Of a stretch of 64,000 nt of DNA, positions 27,230-38,069 are shown piece after piece. This DNA is from a virus, in the IMG/VR virus record IMGVR_UViG_3300045988_102159, positions 1 through 64,000 of that record, one strand, 5' to 3'. Made by a program: the position numbers and the translations under genes. The notes under the pieces are model-generated. The model had not been told where the DNA came from. It did no database searches and was given only the letters and a program-made list of their open reading frames with translations. How positions within the stretch are numbered: position 1 is the stretch's first letter; the number at the start of each line of letters is the position of its first letter.

Positions 27230-28964
27230 ATTATATAAGCCAACATTGGATAACTTGACACCTCAACAACAAATTTTATATAATAGAGATATTCCAGTAG
27301 AAGAACAAAGTAACTGGCTTAATGCCTATTGGAATGATGTAAATGATTTTCATCTATTAAAGAACATTAAAGACGCAGCTGTAATGATTATTAATCATTG
27401 TATGTGGACAAGCTCAAAGATTACTATTCTCCAAGATGCAGACGCAGATGGATTGACTTCTAGCTCCATTATAGCCAACTATATTCATCGCATTTGTAGC
27501 AAGGAACCGACCATCCTAATCCATGAAGGAAAAGCTCACGGACTTGCGGATATTGATTTAGATAAGATTATAGAGACTACCAATCTTCTTATTCTTCCAG
27601 ATTCATCTAGTAATGATTACGAACAACATAAGTATCTTCATGACAATGGCGTAGATATTGTAATCGCGGACCACCACTATTGTGAAAAATATTCTGAGGA
27701 CGCTATTGTAGTAAATAATCAATTAGACGATTATCCTAATAAAAACTTTTGCGGAGCAGGTGTTACATGGCAACTATGCCGTCAGATGGATGAACTTCTT
27801 CACTTTGATTATGCAAATGATTTAGTTGACTTGTGCGCTCTTGGTCTTTGCGGAGATATGATGGATTACCATGAGAAAGAAGTGAGAGCGCTTGTCAATA
27901 TCGGTTACGCTAATGTCAAGAACAAGTTCTTTAAAGCATTCATAGACAAACAAGAGTTTTCTTTAAATAAGATGAATGGTCTTAACTATCTTAGTTCTAG
28001 CTTTTATGTGGTTCCTTATCTGAATAGCTGCTGTCGAACTGGTGAAATGGTAGAGAAACGTCTTCTTATTAACGCTCTATTGGATTACAAATGTGATACA
28101 ATGATTCCATCATCCAAGAGAGGTGAAAAAGGTAAAGAAGTTCCTCTTTGGCAAGAAGCTATTACTGTTATTGAACGAGTGAAACGTAGACAGACTAAGC
28201 TACAAGACGAAGCTATGGAGTTTTTTGAATATCAGATTCAGTCTAAAAAGCTAACAGATAATGCTATCATTACTTGTGTATGCGGCAAAGATGATGCTGA
28301 ACCAGGCATTTTAGGTTTGGTGGCGAATAAAATCCAAGCCAAATACCAGCATCCTACATTGGTCTTGCAGGAAGTTGAAGAGGAAGACGGAGTACATCTA
28401 AAAGGGTCTGCTCGTAATTACTCTTATTGTCCTGTTGAAGATATGCGTAGTCTTTGTGAAGATACTGGCATTGTCGATTATGCTTCTGGGCATGGGTCTG
28501 CATTTGGCTTGTCTTTGCCTTTAGAGAACTTTTATGAGTTCTTAGACAAGACTAATGAGCAATACAAAGGTATTGATTTTAAGCCTGTCTATCTCGTGGA
28601 TTATATTTGGAATTATAACAATATTAATCCTAAATATGTTCTTGATATTGCGGAGCTAAATATTTATGGTCAGGGTATTCCAGAATCTAAAGTTGTAGTA
28701 GAAGATATTGCATTGGACAATGTTAATGTCCAGCTTCTAGGTGAAGCAAAAGGACATCCTACTATTAAAATTTCTCTACCTTCTGGTGTAGATATTATGA
28801 AATTCAAATCTTCTAGGGAAGAATTTGAAGAATGGACAAGTGGAGAAAAGAAACTAACCATTGTAGGAACGTGTTCCAAGAACGAATGGATGGGAAACGT
28901 TACGCCGCAAATTCTAATTGATGATTTTGAATTAGAGGATTATGAAGAGGAATGGGTATTTTAA
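27213..28964 (+). CDS. recJ: DHH-family RecJ-like single-strand exonuclease
   Basis: DHH motifs LQDADADGLTS, IVIADHH and GAGVTWQL. ATG 27213 follows RBS ggag. Confidence 0.7.
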   Translation: MKIDYKLYKPTLDNLTPQQQILYNRDIPVEEQSNWLNAYWNDVNDFHLLKNIKDAAVMIINHCMWTSSKITILQDADADGLTSSSIIANYIHRICSKEPTILIHEGKAHGLADIDLDKIIETTNLLILPDSSSNDYEQHKYLHDNGVDIVIADHHYCEKYSEDAIVVNNQLDDYPNKNFCGAGVTWQLCRQMDELLHFDYANDLVDLCALGLCGDMMDYHEKEVRALVNIGYANVKNKFFKAFIDKQEFSLNKMNGLNYLSSSFYVVPYLNSCCRTGEMVEKRLLINALLDYKCDTMIPSSKRGEKGKEVPLWQEAITVIERVKRRQTKLQDEAMEFFEYQIQSKKLTDNAIITCVCGKDDAEPGILGLVANKIQAKYQHPTLVLQEVEEEDGVHLKGSARNYSYCPVEDMRSLCEDTGIVDYASGHGSAFGLSLPLENFYEFLDKTNEQYKGIDFKPVYLVDYIWNYNNINPKYVLDIAELNIYGQGIPESKVVVEDIALDNVNVQLLGEAKGHPTIKISLPSGVDIMKFKSSREEFEEWTSGEKKLTIVGTCSKNEWMGNVTPQILIDDFELEDYEEEWVF

Positions 28965-29216
28965 ATGAAACTTCAAATTGAAGAAGCTGAACTGAGGAAT
29001 CTTGCACATAAGGCAGCACGTTATGATATTATTATGGATGCTCTTATTCGTGAAAAGTTCGATAAGATTGACATTTATAGTGATTGGGAAATGACTGAAG
29101 ACTATATGCAAGACATTATCAATCAGCAGCCAAGTGATATTAAGCCTGTAAACGAAGATAAAATTAAAGCAGACCGAGATTGGATGGATAAGCATCCTGA
29201 CTTTGGAATAATTTAA
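28965..29216 (+). CDS. hypothetical protein
   Basis: 83-aa ORF starting immediately after the previous TAA. Confidence 0.5.
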   Translation: MKLQIEEAELRNLAHKAARYDIIMDALIREKFDKIDIYSDWEMTEDYMQDIINQQPSDIKPVNEDKIKADRDWMDKHPDFGII

Positions 29217-29220
29217 TTTA

Positions 29221-29259
29221 AAAAGCCCTCTAGTTTTTATTTGACTAGAGGGCTTTTTT
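29221..29259 (+). terminator. intrinsic terminator
   Basis: aaaagccctctag/ctagagggctttt stem plus a T-run. Confidence 0.75.
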
Positions 29260-29269
29260 GTGTTATAAT
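29241..29269 (+). promoter_or_regulatory. sigma70-like promoter overlapping the terminator
   Basis: TTGACT 29241-29246, 17-nt spacer, TATAAT 29264-29269. Confidence 0.5.
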
Positions 29270-29311
29270 ATATTTATAAAGAAAATCCAATAGAAAGGAG
29301 TAGCATAGATT

Positions 29312-29719
29312 ATGCGAATGGCAAAATGTCCTATGTGCGGACAGCATAATGTTAACAATTTTAAGAAGAACAACAAATGGTATTCAACTTGCTATAATAA
29401 GGAGTGCGGCTATACTACTGAGGTTGGTATGCCGACACGTAAAATGAGTCGCTTTAATTGGAATCTAAACTATGAGCGTCTAACTGGCGAGACTCTTCCT
29501 GATGAAATGACTGGCCGTCAGAAGGGCGCTTATATGAAAAAAGAGATTCGTTGTGGCGTACCTGAACTAGTCCAGTGTTTCACTCAAGAAGACTTTGAAA
29601 AGTGGGAAGAAAAATACGACTATAAAGACATCAATTGGGTTAAGGTCACCGGAAAGCGCGCAGGAGCAGCCCGCCGCAAAGCCCGTGCTAAAGAACGCGC
29701 TAAAAAAGAAGCAAACTAA
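29312..29719 (+). CDS. zinc-ribbon protein with basic C-terminal tail
   Basis: 135 aa. CPMCGQ...CYNKECG. C-terminal RKARAKERAKKEAN. Confidence 0.5.
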   Translation: MRMAKCPMCGQHNVNNFKKNNKWYSTCYNKECGYTTEVGMPTRKMSRFNWNLNYERLTGETLPDEMTGRQKGAYMKKEIRCGVPELVQCFTQEDFEKWEEKYDYKDINWVKVTGKRAGAARRKARAKERAKKEAN

Positions 29720-29750
29720 TTTAAGATTTAAGAAAGGTTGGTAGAACTTA

Positions 29751-32255
29751 GTGCTTGACAAATATCCCGGCAGCCTTCACAACCATACAGATTTCTCAAA
29801 TCTTAGACTTAAAGATTCAATTAACACAGTAGACCGTTTAATGGATTATGCTTTGGAACTTGGTCAAGATGTATTAGCCTTTACAGAGCATGAATCAGTA
29901 GCTAATGCAGTCAAGATTCAAGAAGCATATGAAAAGCGCAAACAGGATAATCCAAATTTCAAAGTGATTCTTGGCAATGAGATATACCTGGTCCGCAATG
30001 GGCTTAATAAAGATAATTTTAATCCAGAAGAAGATAGGTATTTTCACTTCATTCTATTGGCTAAAAACACAGAAGGCCACAAGCAAATTCGTGAGATTTC
30101 AACGCGAGCTTGGATGCGTTCTTATATGGCTCGTGGTATGCGGCGAGTGCCAACATATTATCAAGACTTAATTGATATTATCGGTAAAAATAAAGGTAAC
30201 GTTATTGCTTCAACCGCGTGCCTCGGAGGGCAATTACCAGCTTATCTTCTCAAATATAAGCAAACAAACGATAAAGCATATATTAAACAAGCTATCAAAT
30301 GGCTTAATGGAATGGTTAAACTTTTCGGCAAGGGTAATTTCTTTCTAGAAATGCAACCTTCTAATAATGAAGAGCAAATCTATGTTAATAAGTTGATTAA
30401 AGAACTATCTCATAAATTAGATATTCCATATATTATCACTTGTGATGCTCATTATTTAAAGAAAGATGAAGCATTCATCCATGAGACATACTTGAAATCT
30501 CAAAATGGTGAGCGTGAAGTCTCTGAGTTCTATGCAACTACCTATCTCATGGGAACAGAAGAACTTGAAGAATTCTTTGAATATTTTACAAAAGAAGATA
30601 TCTGTGCCGCATATGAAAATATTGAATATATTAAGAATCAATGCGAAGATTATAATCTTAAAAAGCCTTTAAAGATTCCTCAACTACCTTGGAAATATAG
30701 CTATATCACAGACGAGCAAGTAAAATCTTTTCAAGATAAAATTCCTAACCTAAAATATCTTACTGAATCTGATTTTGAAGGTGACAAACTTCTTGGCAGA
30801 CTAATTATTCAAGGCATCCAAGAGAAAGAAGATTTACAGAATCAAGATGCTTATGATGAAATCAACATTGAACTAGAGTCTGTCTATCAAAGTTCTCTTG
30901 TAAATAAAACGCATTGGTCTTCATATTTTCTTAACTTGCAGAAAATCATTGATACCATTTGGGAAGCCGGTTCTATTGTTGGCTGTTCAAGAGGAAGTGG
31001 CGGTGGCTTCCTTATCTTATATGTTCTGGGCATTATCCAGATTAACTGTCTAAGAGAGACTACAAAGACATTCCACTGGAGGTTCCTTAATCCCGCACGT
31101 GTCTCTGTCTTAGATGTAGATATTGATGTATCTGGTCTGCGCCGCAAGCAAATCTTAGACAAGTTTAGAGAAGTCTATGGAGAAGATAGAGTCTGTAATG
31201 TTCTTACTCTTGGTACAGAAAGTACGAAATCAGCCATTCTAAGTGCGGCAAGAGGTCTCGGAATTGATAATGATGTGGCGCAATACATTGCTTCTCTAGT
31301 CCCTTCTGACCGTGGCTTAATTCGTTCTTTGCATCAATGCTACTATGGCGATAGCAAAGAAGGAATGAAACCAGTTATTCCTTTTGTCAATGAAATGAAG
31401 CAGCGTCCAAAACTGTGGGAAGTTGCTTGTCGAATTGAAGGTCTAATTTGTCGCTCTGGAATACACGCGGGAGGACTTGTCTTCGTTGATGAACCATTTA
31501 CGGAGACGGCGGCTCTTATGCGTGCTCCCGATGGGACTATTATTAGTCAATTTGACCTCCACGACTTGGAGAAATTATCGCTCATTAAATACGACTTGCT
31601 TTCGGTCGAGGCGATGGACAAGATTCAGGTCTGCCTTGAACTGTTAGTAAAATACGGTTATCTTAAATGGTCTGGAACCCTGAGAAAAACTTACGAAGAT
31701 GCTATCGGTATCTACAATCTAGAACGAACAGATTCTAAGATGTGGAAAATGGTATGGGAACATAAGATTCAATCTTTATTCCAAATGGAAAAGTCAAGTG
31801 GAATTCAAGGCATCGCGCTAACACATCCTAAATCTGTTGACGATTTAGCCACTCTTAACAGTGTGATTCGACTTATGGCGCAAGAAAAAGGCGCTGAAAC
31901 ACCTCTTGAAAAATATGCAAGATTCAAGAAAGATATTTCTTTATGGTATCAAGAAATGGACTCTTATGGTCTAACAAAAGAAGAACAAAAGATTCTTGAA
32001 CCCGTTCTTAAAATCTCTTATGGTCTGTGCGAGTCTCAAGAGCGCTTTATGATGCTTGTCCAGATTCCAGAGTGTGGCGGCTTTGACCTAAACTTCGCCG
32101 ATCGGTTAAGAAAATCTGTCGCAAAGAAGGACCCGGCTGGATACAAGGCTTGTGAAAAGGAATACTTTGAACGAGTCCAAGAACGCGGCTTGAGTAAAAA
32201 CCTTTGCAATTACGTATGGAACGTATGTGTCGCAACAAGTCGAGGATATGGCTTT
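29751..32255 (+). CDS. dnaE: DNA polymerase III alpha subunit (DnaE-like), exon 1
   Basis: GTG start. PHP domain SLHNHTDFS...AFTEHES. The exon ends ...ATSRGYGF and the frame stops 3 codons later. Confidence 0.8.
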
Positions 32256-32540
32256 AAAACGAATTGAAGCCCTATATAGTGATATATAGTACAAATTGCC
32301 TAACATGCGGGAAACTCCTAAAACTTTATATTACTAAACTAATACAGCAATGTATTAGCGGCAAAGAGTAATGTCTGAGATATAGTAATAAGATATAAAG
32401 ATATGTGGACAATCCGCAGCGAAGTTTCTATTTAAAATAGAAAAACGTTCAGAGACTATAATGGCACATCTTATATAAGATGAAGGTATAGTCCAGACAG
32501 CAACCAGTTTACTGGGCTTATGAAAATTAGTGCTGTAAAG
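32256..32540 (+). mobile_element. ORF-less group I intron in dnaE (285 nt)
   Basis: Guide gaagcc (32266-32271) pairs with exon end ggcttt. Ends in G32540. Shares core blocks with the Sak4-gene intron. Confidence 0.8.
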
Positions 32541-33893
32541 AATTTGAGCCATACTTTGGCTTACTCACTTGTAGCCCTTCAAGAAATGAATCTTGCTTAC
32601 AAATACCCTATTATCTTTTGGAATTGCGCAAACTTAATTGTAGATAGTGGTACAATTGAAGGTATTGATGACAAAACATCTGATTATAATAAGATTGCAC
32701 GTGCCGTCAATAAAAACAAATTAGCAGGAATTAAAGTATCGCTTATTGACATAAATAAGTCAGAGCTATCTTTCACGCCAGACGCAGAAACAAATACAAT
32801 TCATTATGGTCTTGGCGGTTTACAAGGTGTAGGCAACGAAGTCGCGCAAACGATTATCAATAATCGCCCATATAATTCTATAGAAGATTTTATGGATAAG
32901 ACAAAAGTAAATAAAACAGTTATGGTTTCCTTAATTAAATCTGGAGCTTTTGACCAATTCGGCAAACGCAAAGATATTATGAAGCAATATCTATATACTA
33001 CAATCAATCCCAAAAAACGTTTAACTATGCAGAACTTTAATGCACTTATCGAAAATAATCTTGTGCCGCAAAAACTCAAATTCCAAAAGCAAGTATTTAA
33101 TTTTAATAAAGGGCTGAAAAAAGATTACAAATATAATGCAGATTATTTTGCATTAGAGGGTGTTTACTACAAATTTTATGTTAAGTTTTTCAATGAAGAT
33201 AATATTGAACCAATAGACAATAAGCTATGTTTAAACAAAAAGGCATGGAAAAAAGAATATAATTCAGTAATGAGTGCGGCCAAACAATATATTGCGGATA
33301 ATCAACAAGAGCTATTAGATAAGTTAAACAATAAAATGTTAAAAGATGCTTGGAATAAATATGCGGCAGGTACAATTTCTCATTGGGAAATGGAAAGTCT
33401 AGGCATGTATTATCATAAGCATGAATTAGTTAATATTGATAGTTCATTATATGATATTGTAGATTATACGAAACTTAACCGCACGCCTATTGTAGATTAT
33501 ACATTTAAGCGTAACGGCGCGGAGATTCCAATTTTTAAAACTTTTAAAATTGCTGGAACAGTTATTGCAAAAGATGAAATGCACTCACAAATTACTTTAC
33601 TTACTACTACTGGCGTAGTGGAAGTTAAAATGTCTAAAGAATATTTTTCACAATACAATAAACGTATTAGTGAAGTCAGACCAGACGGCACTAAAAAAAT
33701 TATGGAACAAGGTTTCTTCCAGCGTGGCACAATGTTGGTATGCAATGGTATTAGACGTGGAGATACTTTCGTATTAAAGGCGTATAAACGTAAAGGAAAT
33801 GTACAGCATCAACTATATAAAATTACGAAAGTAAATAAAGATGGCACCATAGAAATGACCAATAATCGTTATGGCGAAAATGTTGACAATTAA
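32541..33893 (+). CDS. dnaE: DNA polymerase III alpha subunit, exon 2
   Basis: Starts NLSHTLAYSLVALQ, giving GYGFNLSHTLAY across the junction (compare DnaE GYGFNKSHAAAY). HhH region and OB-fold-like C-terminus. Confidence 0.8.
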   Translation, partial: NLSHTLAYSLVALQEMNLAYKYPIIFWNCANLIVDSGTIEGIDDKTSDYNKIARAVNKNKLAGIKVSLIDINKSELSFTPDAETNTIHYGLGGLQGVGNEVAQTIINNRPYNSIEDFMDKTKVNKTVMVSLIKSGAFDQFGKRKDIMKQYLYTTINPKKRLTMQNFNALIENNLVPQKLKFQKQVFNFNKGLKKDYKYNADYFALEGVYYKFYVKFFNEDNIEPIDNKLCLNKKAWKKEYNSVMSAAKQYIADNQQELLDKLNNKMLKDAWNKYAAGTISHWEMESLGMYYHKHELVNIDSSLYDIVDYTKLNRTPIVDYTFKRNGAEIPIFKTFKIAGTVIAKDEMHSQITLLTTTGVVEVKMSKEYFSQYNKRISEVRPDGTKKIMEQGFFQRGTMLVCNGIRRGDTFVLKAYKRKGNVQHQLYKITKVNKDGTIEMTNNRYGENVDN

Positions 33894-33911
33894 ATAAAGT
33901 TATGTTATAAT
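33883..33911 (+). promoter_or_regulatory. sigma70-like promoter
   Basis: TTGACA 33883-33888 (inside the last dnaE codons), 17-nt spacer, TATAAT 33906-33911. Confidence 0.55.
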
Positions 33912-33961
33912 ATAGGAGTAAACAAAAAGGAAATGTTTGCTCCTATATTTTTGGAGGTTTA

Positions 33962-34588
33962 ATGAAACCAATTGTAATTGGCATTTGCGGTAAGTCGAGT
34001 GCTGGCAAAGATTTTGTTGCCACTCGATTGGTTGAAGAGTATAAGAAGATTGGAATCCCAGCGAAAAAGGTAATCAGTTATACAACTCGTCCTCCAAGAG
34101 AGGGAGAAGTTGACGGCGTAGATTATCATTTCGTTGATTTAGAAACTTTTATTGAAATGCAATATGATAATAAGTTTATTGAACATACCGAGTTTCGCGG
34201 TTGGCGATATGGCACTGCTATTGATTCATTCGATGATGATTGTGTAAATATCTGCGTTCTTAATCCTACTGGTATGTACTCTTTACATAAATACTATCGT
34301 CATACTCGTTCAATTGCGGCATGTGAATTATTTTATCTTAAAGTTCCGTTCTTTACGCGACTTAAACGTTCTATAAAACGTGAACATACTTTTAAATGTG
34401 AGTTTATCAGACGAGCGTTTGCGGACAATCATGATTTCCTAGATTACGATGAATATTTTGGATATATGGAAAATGAGCATCTTCTTCCTTATTGTCATGG
34501 CCGCATAGATTTTGTATCCAAAATTATGAATAATGATAGACTAATTTATGAAACTTCAAAGTTAAAGCATCAACTTTTATCCAAATAA
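33962..34588 (+). CDS. guanylate-kinase-like nucleoside monophosphate kinase
   Basis: P-loop GICGKSSAGKD. Signature YTTRPPREGEVDGVDYHFV. Confidence 0.65.
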   Translation: MKPIVIGICGKSSAGKDFVATRLVEEYKKIGIPAKKVISYTTRPPREGEVDGVDYHFVDLETFIEMQYDNKFIEHTEFRGWRYGTAIDSFDDDCVNICVLNPTGMYSLHKYYRHTRSIAACELFYLKVPFFTRLKRSIKREHTFKCEFIRRAFADNHDFLDYDEYFGYMENEHLLPYCHGRIDFVSKIMNNDRLIYETSKLKHQLLSK

Positions 34589-34650
34589 ACGCATGGACAT
34601 AAGTTTAGAAAGTTTATTAACTAAATTTTATATAATAGAAAGAGGATAAA

Positions 34651-35032
34651 ATGATTTTTCAAGTACGATAAGGAGTGTTTGAAACTAATTCAAGCTCAAC
34701 ACATACGTTAACTATCTGCTCAAAAGATGATTTTGACAAGTGGAAACATGGCGAGGTATTCTGGCTTGATAACGATTGGCACAAGTTAGATACAAATAAG
34801 AATTTTGTCACTCCAGAAGAACTGAAAGAGCTTGCGGAAAAGCCTTATGCCGCAAGATAAATGGGATATGTTCTATATGGGTGATGAAGGTAGCTCCACG
34901 ATGTATGTTGATATGGTCAATCGTGAGTTTGCGGCGAATTCTACGTCTGAAACTCGCTATCCTCTTTTGGACAATGTAGAAGATATGTTGAAAGTAATTC
35001 ACCAAGAGAAGAAGGGAAAAGATATTGACTAA
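34651..35032 (+). pseudogene. disrupted ORF (in-frame TAA plus +1 frame break)
   Basis: ATG 34651 with RBS aagagga, TAA at codon 7. The same frame continues GVFETNSSSTH... to 34860, and the sequence then continues in the +1 frame from about 34832 to 35032. Confidence 0.35.
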
Positions 35033-36224
35033 ATATATTACAAAGCGAAATGGAAATAAAGTAGAGTTCGATATTTCTAAGATTGAAAATGCGGTATTTC
35101 GTGCGGCATGTGATGTTTCTGGTACTCATGGATGGACATCAACGTTTTGTCATGAGGTTGCGAAAGATATTGCGCATGATTTTGAAAAAGCTGAGTATTA
35201 TCATGACGGCATGACGGTAGAAGAGATTCAAGATGCTGTTGAAGAACTGCTCATGGGCGATTTTCCGCATGTTGCAAAGTCATATATGATTTATCGTTAC
35301 GAACATCAGATTGCACGCCAGAAACAACTTGACAAAGAGTTTTTTGAAGTAATTGGCAACTATGAAGATGGCTATTGGGCAACAGAAAATTCAAATAAAC
35401 GAGCAGAATTAGTTACAACCCAACGAGACTACCTTGCCGGGGTTGTAAGTAGAGATATTGCAAGAAACTATATTTTCCCAAAAGATATTGTAAAAGCCCA
35501 TGATGAAGGTATTATTCACATTCATGATATGGATTATGCCGCGCAAAAAACCCTTACAAATTGTTGCTTAATTAACTTAGAAGATATGTTGCAGAATGGA
35601 ACCGTTATTAACGGAGTAACTATTGATAAACCACATCGTTTAATCACAGCTTCGACGATTGCAAGCCAAATTATTGCCTGCGTTGCTAGTTCACAATATG
35701 GTGGGTCGTCAATTACACTGACTCACCTTGCTCCTTTTGTTAGGGATAGTTACAATTTATATTTAGAAAAATATAAAAATCGTGGTTTTAGTGAAGAGCT
35801 ATCTATTAAATACGCTAAAGAAGACACAAAGAAAGAAATTGCTGATTCCATCCAGACTTTAAATTATCAAATCAATTCTTTAATGACTACAAATGGTCAG
35901 ACACCTTTCTTGACGATTTTCTTATATCTGAATGAAACCGAAGAGTACAAGGAAGAATTAGCGGCTTTAATTAAAGAAATGCTGAACCAACGAATCCTTG
36001 GCATGAAGAATCGTCAAGGCGTATATGTGACCGTTGCTTTTCCAAAATTAATTTATTGTCTTGAAGAAGATAATATTAAAGAGGGTACTAAATATTGGTA
36101 TCTTACTGAGCTTGCGGCAAAGTGTTCTGCTAAACGTTTAGTTCCAGATTATATTTCAGAAAAAGTTATGAAGCAGCTAAAAGTAGACAGTAATGGTAAC
36201 GGTCATTGCTTCCCTTCGATGGGT
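35025..36224 (+). CDS. nrdD: anaerobic ribonucleoside-triphosphate reductase NrdD, exon 1
   Basis: TTG start after RBS gaaggg. ATP-cone ITKRNGNKVEFDISKIENA. The exon ends ...CFPSMG. Confidence 0.85.
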
Positions 36225-36421
36225 CAGTGTAAACTATAGCCCATATAAAATCTTTTGAATTCGGATAGGACTTAGATTTAAGTTGAGTCCGAGCTAAATA
36301 AATGTGTATCGACTATCTGTGATGAATGTAACAGAGTAAAGTAGTTAAACTACTTGAAGAAAAAGACTATCCAATAAGATAGATGATATAGTCAGTGCGG
36401 CAGGTGACTGCCGATAACATG
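36225..36421 (+). mobile_element. ORF-less mini group I intron in nrdD (197 nt)
   Basis: Guide gcccat (36239-36244) pairs with exon end atgggt. Ends in G36421. Core blocks gtatcgactatc and gatatagtcag. Splicing rebuilds PSMG-CRSFL. Confidence 0.75.
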
Positions 36422-37072
36422 TGTAGAAGTTTCTTATCGGTATGGCCGAAAGATGAAAATAAGTTTTATGGACGTGCAAACATTGGAGTTTGTACAATTA
36501 ATTTACCAGATGCAGCCTTTTCTTCTAATGGTGATAAAGACAAATTCTGGCAACTATTAGATGAACGTGCTGAAATGTGCCACACAGTACACAAAATCAG
36601 GGCAAACCGTATTGCAAATACGCAAGCAAAGGTTGCTCCTATTTTATGGTGTGATGGCGCTTTAGCAAGATTAAAACCAGAAGATACTTTAGGTAAGCTG
36701 GTTTATAGCGGTTATCTTACCGCTTCTCTTGGTATGGCTGGCTTATACGAGTGTACTAAGTATATGACTGGTGAAAGTTTAAGCGAACCAAAAGGCAACG
36801 CATTTGGTAAACAGGTAATGAACTTTTTAAATAAAAAATGTGAAGAGTGGAAAGCCGAAGATGGTATCGCATATTCGCAATACGGTACTCCTTTAGAAAG
36901 CAGCACGTATACGTTTGCTAAAAGTTTAAGAAAGCGTTTTGGAAAAGTAAAAGGAGTAACGGACGATAGAGATTATATTACTAACTCTTATCATATTCCA
37001 GTATTTGAACATATTGACGCTTTCTCTAAGCTGTCTATCGAATCTGGTTTCCAGTCGCTTTGTCAGGGTGGT
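36422..37072 (+). CDS. nrdD: NrdD, exon 2
   Basis: Starts CRSFLSVW...GRANIGVCTINLPDAA, collinear with NrdD. Ends ...FQSLCQGG. Confidence 0.85.
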
Positions 37073-38062
37073 TAGATTCAATATAACCTTTTTGTAGCCA
37101 CCCAAAATCGCGTGAACTGTTATCCAACAGGTGTCTATTTAAAATAGGCTAACGGTAAAAATCATTTGACAATACCGTGCTAAATTATTATAATATAATA
37201 AAAAGTGTACAGACTAATTATTAGGTCGGGGATGGATGCCGTCCGAAGTGCGCGAGGTGTGAAGCAGTGTTTTCCTGCTACGCTAAGATATAGTCGAAAG
37301 GTAAAAAATGAAAAATCAATGTGAAATTTGTGGAAGAGAAACAAATAGAATTTATCACGTTTGGGGATATACTCTATGCTCTAAACATATGCATCAATAT
37401 CATAAATATGGAAAGTTTTTAGATAATAATCCAAGAACCAATAACGATTTAAACGACTTTTATCAAGACAAAGACAATCCAAACATTACATACTTTAATT
37501 TATATAATCAAAAGAATGAGTGCATTGGACGCTTTATTGTAGACACAGAAGACGTATCTAAAATTAGATATAAAAAATGGCGCAAAAGTCATGGTCACGT
37601 TGTAACGGGCTTACCAGCAAAAGGCACCCAACAAGACTTAACTCATATCCTTCTAGACTTTGACCCAAAAGAAGATAGATATATTGTTATTGACCATATT
37701 AACGGGGACGCTTTAGATAATAGAAAGCAGAATCTAAGAATTTGTACACAAGGAGAAAATTGTTGCAATAAAAAACTAGCTTCTAACAATACTAGTGGTT
37801 TTAATGGAATATCTTATAGAAAAGATAAAGATAGATATGACCCAGAAATTAGAATGCAAAACAAAAGATGTCATTTAGGCTACAGCAAAACGCTAGAAGA
37901 AGCAGTTTATAGACGATATGTGGCAGAAGAGCTTGTATTCGAAAACTATGTAAGAGAAGAAGAGCATGAAAAAGCTCGCCTTTTTACTCAAAATCTTCCG
38001 CAAAAGGAAAAAGAACGCTTAGAAAAAATTGTAAAAGCAAAATTAAAAGCTAAAGACCTTTG
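37073..38062 (+). mobile_element. group I intron 2 in nrdD, with HNH-AP2 ORF
   Basis: 990 nt. Guide gccacc (37097-37102) pairs with exon end ggtggt. Ends in G38062. The catalytic core lies 5' of the ORF. Confidence 0.8.
37166..37194 (+). promoter_or_regulatory. intron-internal sigma70-like promoter upstream of the HNH ORF
   Basis: TTGACA 37166-37171, 17-nt spacer, TATAAT 37189-37194. Confidence 0.45.
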
Positions 38063-38069
38063 GCAATAA
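37308..38069 (+). CDS. HNH homing endonuclease with AP2-like DNA-binding domain
   Basis: HNH core IDHINGDALDNRKQNLRICTQGENCCNK. AP2-like SGFNGISYRKDKDRYDPEIRMQNKRCHLGYSKTLEEA. The stop codon lies 7 nt inside nrdD exon 3. Confidence 0.8.
   Translation: MKNQCEICGRETNRIYHVWGYTLCSKHMHQYHKYGKFLDNNPRTNNDLNDFYQDKDNPNITYFNLYNQKNECIGRFIVDTEDVSKIRYKKWRKSHGHVVTGLPAKGTQQDLTHILLDFDPKEDRYIVIDHINGDALDNRKQNLRICTQGENCCNKKLASNNTSGFNGISYRKDKDRYDPEIRMQNKRCHLGYSKTLEEAVYRRYVAEELVFENYVREEEHEKARLFTQNLPQKEKERLEKIVKAKLKAKDLWQ

Noticed and set aside
32355-32552. 65-aa minus-strand ORF inside the dnaE intron, considered as a possible homing endonuclease
   Set aside because: It has no endonuclease motif, is on the wrong strand and overlaps the conserved intron core. 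The intron is treated as ORF-less.
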